DNA of 28,782 nucleotides, taken from positions 1 to 28,782 of IMG/VR virus record IMGVR_UViG_3300032320_001068; one strand, 5' to 3'. Positions 1 through 8,418 of this stretch are shown piece after piece; within the stretch, counting starts at the first letter, position 1; each line of letters opens with the position of its first letter. Source of the stretch: a virus. Taxonomy: Duplodnaviria > Caudoviricetes. Under the pieces are notes generated by a model. That model had not been told where the DNA came from, did no database searches, and saw only the letters and a list, made by a program, of their open reading frames with translations. A program made the translations under genes and the position numbers.

Positions 1-54
1 AGAATATTGCAACTTTAATGGAAACAAAAAAACAAATTTCTGCATTCTAATTCA

Positions 55-86
55 TTTGCAGATTAAAATAATAATCCGTAATCTTG
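55..86 (+). promoter_or_regulatory. Bacteroidota primary-sigma type promoter (-33/-7)
   Basis: TTTG (55-58), 20-nt spacer, TAATCTTG (79-86; one mismatch to TAnnTTTG), intergenic upstream of the replication genes. Confidence 0.6.
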
Positions 87-116
87 CAAAACCGTTCTTA
101 AAATTTACAATTAATA

Positions 117-215
117 GTTGTGTGCCAGCAACAAATAGAAATAAAGGTGGAAACACCGATATAAACAAACCTCGACTGAGTAAATGGCACTTTACTTTTT
201 CGGGGTTTTTGTTTT
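117..215 (+). ncRNA. Structured 5' leader RNA / putative attenuator with complementary hairpin loops
   Basis: Hairpin GTTGT[GTGCCA]GCAAC (117-132); GGTG-GAAA-CACC tetraloop hairpin (146-157); long stem 163-214 with loop TGGCAC (185-190), the exact complement of GTGCCA (122-127). Confidence 0.6.
167..215 (+). terminator. Intrinsic terminator-like hairpin within the leader
   Basis: AAACCTCGA..GAGTAAA[TGGCAC]TTTACTT..TCGGGGTTT with U-rich tail TTTTTGTTTT (206-215). Confidence 0.55.
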
Positions 216-224
216 AAATACATT

Positions 225-419
225 ATGGAAGATATTACTTGGAACATTGATAACAATGACAATTTTAAAGTATCAATTAAATTAGGCTCAGGGAAAGAGA
301 TAACCATTGAGGATTCTACACCTTGTGCAATTGTTAAAGATTTAAGTTTGGAAGAACTTGAAGAAACAAACAAAAAACTATCACAAACAATTGCATTATT
401 AAGAACAGTTTTTAAATAA
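225..419 (+). CDS. Hypothetical 64-aa protein, first gene of the replication operon
   Basis: ATG after A/T-rich start region; stop 3 nt before the initiator gene; C-terminal amphipathic helix. Confidence 0.7.
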   Translation: MEDITWNIDNNDNFKVSIKLGSGKEITIEDSTPCAIVKDLSLEELEETNKKLSQTIALLRTVFK

Positions 420-422
420 ATT

Positions 423-1052
423 ATGAATTACATATCCCAAATTAATGGATTTTGGAAAATTGCTGAGGATAAACAATTTTCATCAAGTGAAATAGCGACA
501 TATTTTGCTCTATTAAATTACTGCAATAATCTTAACTGGTTAAATCCTTTTGTGTGCCATTTTGAATATGTTTGTCAAACTGCAAGTATTTCAAAAAATA
601 CTTTTTATGCTTGTATGGAAACACTCCACAATGAAAAGTTAATTGAATATACTAAGGGGATAAAAAACTCAAAAAAACCTAAAGTTTTTATTCTTAATTT
701 AGAGAATAAAACTAAGAATAAAACAGGAATAAAACTAAGAACAGAAGAGGAACAGAATAAAGAACAGAAAGGGAACTTAAATAAACTATTAAACAATGAA
801 ACTAATAAACCTATAAACAATAAAGAAATTTATAAATTTTTCTCCCACCTATCTATTTCAATTGAAGAAGTAGAAAAAATAAAAGAACTTGGATTTACAA
901 AGTTTCAAATCGATGAAGTATTGGAATCAATAGAAAACTACAAAAACAATACAAAATATAAAAGTTTGTATTTGACTGCAAAGAAATGGCTGAACAAAGA
1001 AAGAATTGAAAATCCACCTCCAACAGAAGTTAAACGCCCAATGGTATATTAA
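423..1052 (+). CDS. Phage replication initiator / replisome organiser (N-terminal winged-helix, DnaD-like or lambda O analogue)
   Basis: N-terminus MNYISQINGFW...ATYFALLNYCN..NW...ISKNTFY..L..L...KLIEY typical of wHTH replication proteins; low-complexity linker carrying iteron-like repeats; C-terminal YKSLYLTAKKW domain; directly upstream of primase-helicase. Confidence 0.75.
   Translation: MNYISQINGFWKIAEDKQFSSSEIATYFALLNYCNNLNWLNPFVCHFEYVCQTASISKNTFYACMETLHNEKLIEYTKGIKNSKKPKVFILNLENKTKNKTGIKLRTEEEQNKEQKGNLNKLLNNETNKPINNKEIYKFFSHLSISIEEVEKIKELGFTKFQIDEVLESIENYKNNTKYKSLYLTAKKWLNKERIENPPPTEVKRPMVY
704..840 (+). repeat. Iteron-like repeats plus AT-rich tract (putative replication origin inside the initiator gene)
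   Basis: GAATAAAAC at 704, 716, 727; GAACAGAA at 739, 750, 762; GAAC at 773 (alternating 12/11-nt spacing), followed by a very AT-rich stretch 777-840. Confidence 0.6.
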
Positions 1053-1054
1053 TT

Positions 1055-2890
1055 ATGACAATAGCAGTAATAGAAAAGGAATCAAAACGTGAATATCTAA
1101 TTGATATTTCCAAAGGTGGCGAAAATAAACAGACTTGCCCAGCATGTTCTCACGAACGGAAAAAGTCAAAAGATAAATGCTTTAGCTACAATGCAACTAA
1201 GGAAGTAGGAAGTTGCTCTCATTGTGGTAAGGCTTTTTACAAGAAGTTAGAGAAAGCAGAAAACAACTACCAAAAAATTGAATATAAGCGACCCATTTGG
1301 AAAAATGAAACAACACTATCTGAAAAATTAGTTAAGTGGTTTGAAGAAAGAAAGATTAGCCAAAAAACACTTTTAAAGGCAAAGATTACAGAGGGATTAG
1401 AATGGATGCCACAAACAAACGGAAACATCAACACCGTACAATTTAACTACTTTAGAGATGGTGAATTGATAAACGTAAAATATCGCACTGGCAACAAACA
1501 ATTCAAGTTGGCAAAAGATGCTGAGTTGATTTTTTATAATTTAGATGCAGTAAAAGACCAAAAAGAAATAATAATTGTTGAAGGTGAAATTGATTGCTTA
1601 ACATTAATTGAGTGCGGAATTGAAAATGTTATTAGCGTTCCTAATGGTGCTACAATTGGAAGAAACAATCTTACCTATTTAGATAATTGCATAGACCTAT
1701 TTGATGAAGATACAAGGTTTATATTGGCATTAGACAATGACCAAGCTGGAAATAGTTTAAGAGATGAATTTGCCAGAAGATTAGGGGTTGAGAATTGTTC
1801 TAAAGTAGCTTTCAAAGATTGCAAGGATGCAAATGAATGTTTGGTTAAATACGGAATGGATGGAATATTGGAAAGCATAAATAATAAAATTGAATATCCT
1901 TTAGTCGGCATATTTACCTCCACAGACTTAAACGAAGAAATAGATAATTATTACAACAACGGATTGCCACAAGGCGAAACAATAGGATTAGAAACATTTG
2001 ATGAAAACCTTAAATTTCACTTGGGGTACATCACAACGATTACAGGCATCCCAAATCACGGAAAGTCGGAGGTATTAGATTTTATTTGTGCATCTTTAAA
2101 CATTCGTGCCGGTTGGAAGTTTGGTTTATTTAGCCCTGAAAACTATCCATTAGAACTACACTTTAGCAAGTTTGCTGAGAAATTAATAGGCAAAGCATTT
2201 GATGGAAACTACAAAATGAATAAAATGGAATTGGAATTAGCAAAAGATTATTTTTCAAAAAACTTCTTCTTCATAAAACCTGAGAATGATTTTAAACTTG
2301 AAGATATTTTGCGAATGGTAAAAAGTTTAATTAGAAAGTATGGAGTAAATGCCTTTGTAATTGATGCTTGGAATAAGTTAGAACACAATGAAGATTCAAC
2401 ACACTATGTTTCAAAACAATTGGATATATTAGCAACCTTTTGTGAAAGAAATATGGTTCATTGTTTTCTTGTGGCCCATCCAACAAAGATTATGAAAGAT
2501 AAAAAAACAGGATTATTTGAAGTGCCAAACCTTTACAACATAAATGGCTCTGCAAACTTCTTTAATAAAACTCACAACGGATTAACCGTATATCGCAACT
2601 ATGATTCAAAGAAAACAGAAATTTACATACAAAAAGTAAAATTTAAACACTGGGGTCAATCAGGCACAATGTGTTCTTTAGGATGGCATTTTATTAATGG
2701 CCGATATTATACATTTATCCCCGACAACACCAATTGGATATTAGGCGAAAAGAAACAAGTAGAAGCATTTGAACTACCACCAACCCCAATAAAGCCCAAC
2801 GGAGCATTCGACACCCCAATTAATAAAAAAGATAATTGGGATTTCATCCCAAAGAATGAATTTTTAGACATAGGCAACGATGCCTTTTAA
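1055..2890 (+). CDS. Bifunctional DNA primase-helicase (T7 gp4/Twinkle-like: zinc finger, TOPRIM, SF4 helicase)
   Basis: CPAC...CSHC zinc finger; TOPRIM IIVEGEIDC and ALDNDQAG; KDANE motif; Walker A GIPNHGKS; VIDAWN; LVAHP; INGSANF. Confidence 0.93.
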   Translation: MTIAVIEKESKREYLIDISKGGENKQTCPACSHERKKSKDKCFSYNATKEVGSCSHCGKAFYKKLEKAENNYQKIEYKRPIWKNETTLSEKLVKWFEERKISQKTLLKAKITEGLEWMPQTNGNINTVQFNYFRDGELINVKYRTGNKQFKLAKDAELIFYNLDAVKDQKEIIIVEGEIDCLTLIECGIENVISVPNGATIGRNNLTYLDNCIDLFDEDTRFILALDNDQAGNSLRDEFARRLGVENCSKVAFKDCKDANECLVKYGMDGILESINNKIEYPLVGIFTSTDLNEEIDNYYNNGLPQGETIGLETFDENLKFHLGYITTITGIPNHGKSEVLDFICASLNIRAGWKFGLFSPENYPLELHFSKFAEKLIGKAFDGNYKMNKMELELAKDYFSKNFFFIKPENDFKLEDILRMVKSLIRKYGVNAFVIDAWNKLEHNEDSTHYVSKQLDILATFCERNMVHCFLVAHPTKIMKDKKTGLFEVPNLYNINGSANFFNKTHNGLTVYRNYDSKKTEIYIQKVKFKHWGQSGTMCSLGWHFINGRYYTFIPDNTNWILGEKKQVEAFELPPTPIKPNGAFDTPINKKDNWDFIPKNEFLDIGNDAF

Positions 2891-2968
2891 CAAACTGACA
2901 AACAAATAAAAAAAGTAAGGTTATAAACTGACAAAAAAAACAATAAACTTTGACAATTAAATAATTTG

Positions 2969-2976
2969 TATATTTG
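2969..2976 (+). promoter_or_regulatory. -7 promoter element upstream of small terminase
   Basis: TATATTTG exact match to TAnnTTTG in an intergenic region, 4 nt before ATG 2981; TTTG at 2949-2952. Confidence 0.55.
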
Positions 2977-2980
2977 CAGT

Positions 2981-3400
2981 ATGGCAAGACCTAAAGGAAC
3001 AAAAAATATTGAAACACCTGAAAAACTTTGGGAAATATTTTTAGCATACAAAAAATACACTAAAGAAAATCCAATAAAAGTTCAAGATTATGTTGGAAAA
3101 GATGGAAATGACGTACTGCGAGAAAAAGAACGGCCATTAACTATTGAAGGATTTGAATGCTATTGTTTTGAAAATGCAATCATAGGCGATTTAAGCCATT
3201 ATTTTGCTAATACGGATAATAGATATTCAGATTATGTAACTATCTGCTTACGCATAAAGAAAATGGTCAGAAAAGACCAAATAGAAGGTGGCATGGCTGG
3301 AATATACAATCCAAGCATTACACAGCGATTAAATAACTTAATTGAAAAAGTAGAACAAACGAATATAGAACAACCTTTATTCCCTGAGGATAAAAAATAG
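2981..3400 (+). CDS. terS: Terminase small subunit (P22 gp3-like DNA-packaging protein)
   Basis: MARPK..IETPEKLWE.F..Y, RPLTIEGF, DQIEGGMAGIYNPSITQRL motifs; immediately before TerL; ATG 2981 preferred over the TTG at 2966, which overlaps the promoter. Confidence 0.85.
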   Translation: MARPKGTKNIETPEKLWEIFLAYKKYTKENPIKVQDYVGKDGNDVLREKERPLTIEGFECYCFENAIIGDLSHYFANTDNRYSDYVTICLRIKKMVRKDQIEGGMAGIYNPSITQRLNNLIEKVEQTNIEQPLFPEDKK

Positions 3401-3417
3401 TTTTGTTGTAGATTAAA

Positions 3418-4581
3418 ATGTTTCAAAGAACAACGGCAATAAATAAATTACTTAAATTAAAAAGCCGCAAGAAAGTTATACAAGGAGGGACAAGTGCAGG
3501 TAAGACATTTGGCATCATTCCAATACTTATAGACTACGCAACAAAAAATCCAAGACATATTATAACTGTTTGTGCTGAATCAATTCCAGCGGTAAGAAAT
3601 GGTGCTGTAAGAATATTTGCTGATGTAATGGTAGAAACAGGTAGATGGAGACAGGATGGTTGGAGATCAAACCCAATGGAATATAGATTTGGAAATAGTT
3701 CATTAATTCAGTTTACTGCTTTTGATTCAGTAGGAAAAGCTAAGGCAGCTGGTAAAAGAGATGTTCTATTTTTAAACGAAGCCAATCATATTGAATTTGA
3801 GATTGCCGATGCTTTGATGGTACGTTCTAATGAAATTTGGATTGACTACAACCCAGATAATGAGTTTTGGGTGCATTCAGAAACATTAAAAGAACCGGAT
3901 TCAGAGTTTTTATTATTAACTTACAAAGACAATGAAGCAATCCCACCAGAAATATTTAGTGAATTAATGATTAAGATTGAAAAAGCTAAAACTTCGGAAT
4001 ATTGGGCTAATTGGTGCAGAGTTTACATTGATGGTGAAATTGGAACTTTGCAAGGTGCAATCTTTCAAAATTGGAAACTTGGAGAATTTGACGATTCACT
4101 TCCTTATGTTTATGGTTTGGATTTTGGTTTTAGTAATGATCCTGATTCGATGGTAAAAGTTGCAATCGATAAAAAAAGAAAACTAATTTACATACAAGAG
4201 ATATTTTACAAAAAAGGCAATTCAACATCTCAGTTAATTGAATTAATTGATTTGTCTGTAACCAATAAGCGTGATTTAATTGTTGCAGATTCAGCTGACC
4301 CAAGAACAATAAACGACATAAGAGCAAAAGGATTTAACATTATTCCAGCAATAAAAGGCCCAGATTCAATTCGGAATGGCATCAAAGGAATGCAAGATTA
4401 TGAAATGATTATTGATGAAAACTCTACCAATCTAATAAAAGAATTAAGAAATTATGTTTGGCACGATAGAAAAGCACAAATGCCGATTGATGACTTTAAC
4501 CACCAAATAGACCCAGCAAGGTATGTATTTCAATATCTTTGCCCGGCAAATACCTTAGCAATTGGAGGAATGAAAAGATAA
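3418..4581 (+). CDS. terL: Terminase large subunit (PBSX/SPP1-like family)
   Basis: Walker A QGGTSAGKT; Walker B LFLNEAN; IDYNP; nuclease motifs GLDFGFSNDP, ADSADP and DDFNHQIDPARY. Confidence 0.95.
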   Translation: MFQRTTAINKLLKLKSRKKVIQGGTSAGKTFGIIPILIDYATKNPRHIITVCAESIPAVRNGAVRIFADVMVETGRWRQDGWRSNPMEYRFGNSSLIQFTAFDSVGKAKAAGKRDVLFLNEANHIEFEIADALMVRSNEIWIDYNPDNEFWVHSETLKEPDSEFLLLTYKDNEAIPPEIFSELMIKIEKAKTSEYWANWCRVYIDGEIGTLQGAIFQNWKLGEFDDSLPYVYGLDFGFSNDPDSMVKVAIDKKRKLIYIQEIFYKKGNSTSQLIELIDLSVTNKRDLIVADSADPRTINDIRAKGFNIIPAIKGPDSIRNGIKGMQDYEMIIDENSTNLIKELRNYVWHDRKAQMPIDDFNHQIDPARYVFQYLCPANTLAIGGMKR

Positions 4582-4582
4582 A

Positions 4583-4615
4583 TTTGTAATAATCAATAAT
4601 AAATTTATAAATTTG
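4583..4615 (+). promoter_or_regulatory. Bacteroidota-type promoter upstream of portal
   Basis: TTTG (4583-4586), 21-nt spacer, TAAATTTG (4608-4615). Confidence 0.65.
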
Positions 4616-4638
4616 CATAAAATAATAATTTATATCGT

Positions 4639-5931
4639 GTGAACTTATTACAAAAAGCAGTTTTCGCAATTAACAAATCAGTAAACGGTGAAAGAATACC
4701 GCTTACAACACAAAACAGAAACTTGCTTTGGCAATTAATGGGTGGATTTATTCCTTTGAATTGGAACAACTCAAGCAATGTGCAAGTAAATGAGGGATAC
4801 ATTAGAAATGTTGATGTTTACGCAATTGTAAAAAAGATTGTTGACATTTCAAAGTCAATCCCCTGGATAGTAGAAAAGCAACAAGTTAGCGGAAATTGGA
4901 AAGTGATGGAAAACACAACCATTCATGAACTAATGGATGAGCCTAATATGAGTAAGGGCTACACTTGGAACGATATTGAGGAACAAGTTTTAATCTATCT
5001 TTTGATTACTGGTAACAGCTATTTAGTAGGCAACACTCAAATAGATTCAACATTAATCGAAGAGTTGGATATTTTACCAAGTCAAGCGATTAATATTTTA
5101 AATAGAAATTCAAGTTTCTTTATTCCTGAGTTGGAATTTCAATTTAGTTACGGTTCGACATCAAGAATATACAAGAAAAGTGAAATAGAACACATCAAAT
5201 TTTTTAATCCTAATTTACAAAGGTACGATTATGGATTAAGCCCAATTGAAGTTGCAAGTAGGGTGGTTGAAGTTGGTAACCAAAGATGGATTGCAGATGC
5301 TTCAATTTTAGGAAACAAAGGAATAAGTGGATTAGTATCTGACAAATCAAACAATGCAATGACACCGGATGAGGCAGACATTGTCAACGATGAAATGAGA
5401 AACAGAATGGGTGGTGCGGAAAAGTTTGGTCAAGTTTTAGTTACCAACAAAGATTTGACTTATATTCCAATTGGTTTATCCCCAGCCGATATGCAACTAC
5501 TTGAAAAGGGAGTTGTAACAACAAGAACCTTGTGCAATGTATTGGGTTTAGATTCATCACTATTTAACGACCCAGCAAATAAGACTTACAATAACAGACT
5601 TGAAGCAGAAAAAGCAATGTACACTAATTGTATAATCCCTTTATCTGACAAAGTAGCTGAGGGATACACTCATTTTATTTGCAGAAATCATTTTCCATTG
5701 CAAAGAGTTAGAATGAGACAAGACTTCAGTAAAGTAGAATGTTTGCAAGAAAATCTAAAAGAAAAAGCGGATATTTTAGGAAGTTTCAAAGACAAAGGAA
5801 TTTACACAGCCAATGAAGTAAGGGATAAAATGGGCGAACCAAGATCAACTGACCCAAATGCAGATTTATTAATTATCAATACAACACCAATTAATAATTT
5901 GCAAAATACACAACAACAAGAACCAAAATAA
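4639..5931 (+). CDS. Portal protein (HK97 family)
   Basis: GY..NVDVYAIV..I, PN..YTW, LLITGNSY, IEHIKFFNP...YGLSPI, TYNN, IIPL, GIYTANEVR motifs; follows TerL. Confidence 0.93.
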   Translation: MNLLQKAVFAINKSVNGERIPLTTQNRNLLWQLMGGFIPLNWNNSSNVQVNEGYIRNVDVYAIVKKIVDISKSIPWIVEKQQVSGNWKVMENTTIHELMDEPNMSKGYTWNDIEEQVLIYLLITGNSYLVGNTQIDSTLIEELDILPSQAINILNRNSSFFIPELEFQFSYGSTSRIYKKSEIEHIKFFNPNLQRYDYGLSPIEVASRVVEVGNQRWIADASILGNKGISGLVSDKSNNAMTPDEADIVNDEMRNRMGGAEKFGQVLVTNKDLTYIPIGLSPADMQLLEKGVVTTRTLCNVLGLDSSLFNDPANKTYNNRLEAEKAMYTNCIIPLSDKVAEGYTHFICRNHFPLQRVRMRQDFSKVECLQENLKEKADILGSFKDKGIYTANEVRDKMGEPRSTDPNADLLIINTTPINNLQNTQQQEPK

Positions 5932-5937
5932 AATATA

Positions 5938-5970
5938 TTTGCATAATTCAATAAATAATAATTAATTTTG
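5938..5970 (+). promoter_or_regulatory. Bacteroidota-type promoter upstream of the protease/capsid operon
   Basis: TTTG (5938-5941), 21-nt spacer, TAATTTTG (5963-5970); a second TATATTTG at 5934-5941. Confidence 0.65.
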
Positions 5971-5977
5971 TACGAAA

Positions 5978-6064
5978 ATGAGCAAGAAACTAAACAAAGA
6001 AGAAATTAAAAAAGCAAAAAAAGCAAAACAAGTTAAATTGGATAGCAAATTAATTAAAAAATAA
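5978..6064 (+). CDS. Lysine-rich 28-aa micro-protein (MSKKLNKEEIKKAKKAKQVKLDSKLIKK), absent from the ORF track
   Basis: Translated by hand; ATG 7 nt after the -7 box; stop overlaps the protease start (TAATG at 6062-6066). Confidence 0.6.
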   Translation: MSKKLNKEEIKKAKKAKQVKLDSKLIKK

Positions 6065-6894
6065 TGAAGATACCAGCCTTTAAAACACAAGCTGAAAAGT
6101 TTGATTTCTTATTTAGAAATAAGCAATTGATTATTGATGCAAAAAAGTCAATGGTTAAACACGCTGACTGTATTGCTTATGCTTTACCTACTGAATATAA
6201 ACAAGGCAGTGCAATTAAGGAATTAAATAAAGATGTATCATTACCTGAAGATGTTGAAACAATTACTGCAAAGGTTGTAATTAACACTACCAATATAATT
6301 GATTCACACGATGACTGTCACATACCTGGCATTTGGAAAAAATCGCTAAACGAAATGAAAACTTTTTATTTGTTGCAAGAACATAGAATGAATTTTGATA
6401 AAGTAATTAGCGACACGATAAATGCCTACACAAAAAAATATACTTGGGATAAATTAGGATTTGAGAAACTACAAGGCGAAACAGAAGCATTAATTTTTGA
6501 TGCTGAAATAAGTAAAGACAGAAACGAATTTATGTTCAACCAATACATTAATGGTTGGGTTAAAGAACACTCAGTTGGTATGAGATATGTGAACATTTAT
6601 TTGTGTATGAATGTAAACGACAAAAGGTATCAAGAAGACAAAGCAAATTGGGATAAATATTACCCAATGGTTGCTAATAAAGAAAAAGCAGATGAGGAAG
6701 GTTATTTCTTTGCAGTAACAGAAGCTAAAATAATTGAAGGTTCAGCCGTTTTAAAAGGGTCAAACTATGTAACCCCGACATTAGATATTACAATACCAAA
6801 AGAAATTGAGCCGGAACATTCCACTCAAAAAACAGAAGCCGAGAAATCACTTCAAGCAAAGCGTGAATTACTAAAAAAATTAATTATTAACTAA
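6064..6894 (+). CDS. Prohead maturation protease (HK97 gp4/S78-like)
   Basis: NIIDSHDD.HIPG.W.KSL, LLQEH (His), EHSVGM (Ser), IEGSAV motifs; lies between portal and capsid. Confidence 0.85.
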   Translation: MKIPAFKTQAEKFDFLFRNKQLIIDAKKSMVKHADCIAYALPTEYKQGSAIKELNKDVSLPEDVETITAKVVINTTNIIDSHDDCHIPGIWKKSLNEMKTFYLLQEHRMNFDKVISDTINAYTKKYTWDKLGFEKLQGETEALIFDAEISKDRNEFMFNQYINGWVKEHSVGMRYVNIYLCMNVNDKRYQEDKANWDKYYPMVANKEKADEEGYFFAVTEAKIIEGSAVLKGSNYVTPTLDITIPKEIEPEHSTQKTEAEKSLQAKRELLKKLIIN

Positions 6895-6913
6895 AAACAA
6901 ACACTTAAAAAAA

Positions 6914-8416
6914 ATGAAAGAGTTAAATTACAACAACAGCAATGCCAACAAAATGAAGATTGGCTTTGCTAAAAGAAAGCAAATACTTAGCAGAGCAATT
7001 GTAGGAATCTTCTTACTGTTTTGTGCTATTGGTTTTGCTGGTGCAGACTTCTCAAAGTCGCAAAATGCCGAAACTGTTATAGGTCAAGTTTTAACAATTG
7101 CAACAGTTATTCCTGCCTTTATGGTAGAAGGAAAATTTAAAGAATTAAAAGGAGAAGAATTGAAAACGTTTATCGAAACTGCTGACCCTGAACAATTGGC
7201 TGAGTATTACAATCAAAAAAATGAAGCTACAAGAAAAGAATTGGAAGCTAAGATTGAAAGCAAAGCTACAAAAGAAGACATCGAAGCACTTAAAACACAA
7301 TTAGCAGAAGATGGCAAAGAGCAGTTGAAAATGTTGAACAAAGCATTAAAAGAGTACGGTTTAGCAATTGAAAAAATCAATAAAGAAAACAGAGCAAATT
7401 CTTTGACTACTCAAACAACTGCAATCAGAAAAGGATTGGAAGAAAATCTTGAGCAATTGAAAGCATTAAAAGGTGTTGATAGAAGTAAAGCAACTGAATC
7501 AGGATGGATTTCATTCAAAGCTGCTGATACAATGTTGGAATCAACTAATATTAGTGGTGGTAACGTTCCTGTTGAGCAAAGAATCCCAGGATTAAACCTA
7601 ATCGCAACCAGAAGAATACGTTTGTATGATTTGTTTGCTAAAGGTTCAGCAACATCGAATATTATATCTTGGGTGTACCAAGCTAATAGAGATGGTTCTG
7701 CTGGTGGTACTGCCGAAGGAACAACAAAGAATCAAATTGACTTTGATTTAGTAGTAGCTTCTCAAGCAGTAGTTAAAAGAACTGCATTCATAAAAGTTTC
7801 AACAGAAATGTTAGATGATATTGATTTCATTGAAAGCGAAATCAGAAACGAATTAATGAGATTATTAATGTTAGATGTTGAATCTACTGCTTATAGCGGA
7901 AACAACACACCTCCAAACATGAATGGAATCAGAACAGTTGCTTCTGCTTTTGCAGCTGGTACATTTGCTGGAAAAGTTGACAATGCAAATGAGGCTGATG
8001 TATTAACTGTTGCAGCTAATCAAATTGCAATTGCTAATCAAGAAGCACCAAATGCAATATTAATGCACCCATCTGATATTACTAAATTGAAATTATACAA
8101 AGTAAGTTCAACTGATAGAAGATACATTGATCGTTTAATATTTATTGGTGATACATTAACTTTAGATGGTGTACCAATGATTGCAACTACTTTAGTAACT
8201 GCGGGCACTTACTTAGTTGGAAACTTTAATCTGTCAGTGTTATATCAAATGCAAGGTGTTATGATTAACATTGGATTAGATGGTAACGATTGGACTAAAA
8301 ACTTGCGTACAATCATTGCAGAATGGAGAGGTGCTTTAGTAACCAAGAATAATGACAGAACTGCTTTTGTTAAAGGAACATTTGCAACTGACATCGCTGC
8401 CTTAGAAACTGCTTAA
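6914..8416 (+). CDS. Major capsid protein, HK97 fold, with coiled-coil delta domain and an extra hydrophobic N-terminal extension
   Basis: AEGTTKNQ.D, KRTAFIKVSTEMLDD, GN...PNMNGI, AILMHPSD, LDGVP, LVGNF, DWTKNL.TI.AE.R, AFVKGTF; charged helical residues ~72-202. Confidence 0.93.
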   Translation: MKELNYNNSNANKMKIGFAKRKQILSRAIVGIFLLFCAIGFAGADFSKSQNAETVIGQVLTIATVIPAFMVEGKFKELKGEELKTFIETADPEQLAEYYNQKNEATRKELEAKIESKATKEDIEALKTQLAEDGKEQLKMLNKALKEYGLAIEKINKENRANSLTTQTTAIRKGLEENLEQLKALKGVDRSKATESGWISFKAADTMLESTNISGGNVPVEQRIPGLNLIATRRIRLYDLFAKGSATSNIISWVYQANRDGSAGGTAEGTTKNQIDFDLVVASQAVVKRTAFIKVSTEMLDDIDFIESEIRNELMRLLMLDVESTAYSGNNTPPNMNGIRTVASAFAAGTFAGKVDNANEADVLTVAANQIAIANQEAPNAILMHPSDITKLKLYKVSSTDRRYIDRLIFIGDTLTLDGVPMIATTLVTAGTYLVGNFNLSVLYQMQGVMINIGLDGNDWTKNLRTIIAEWRGALVTKNNDRTAFVKGTFATDIAALETA

Positions 8417-8418
8417 TA

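Noticed and set aside
1-50. 3' end of an upstream gene (...NIATLMETKKQISAF*)
   Set aside because: Too short to support or assign; plausible but not annotated
704-776. Repeats considered as a CRISPR array or coding tandem repeat
   Set aside because: Units are 8-9 nt with 2-4 nt gaps and no spacers or cas genes; the period is not a multiple of three
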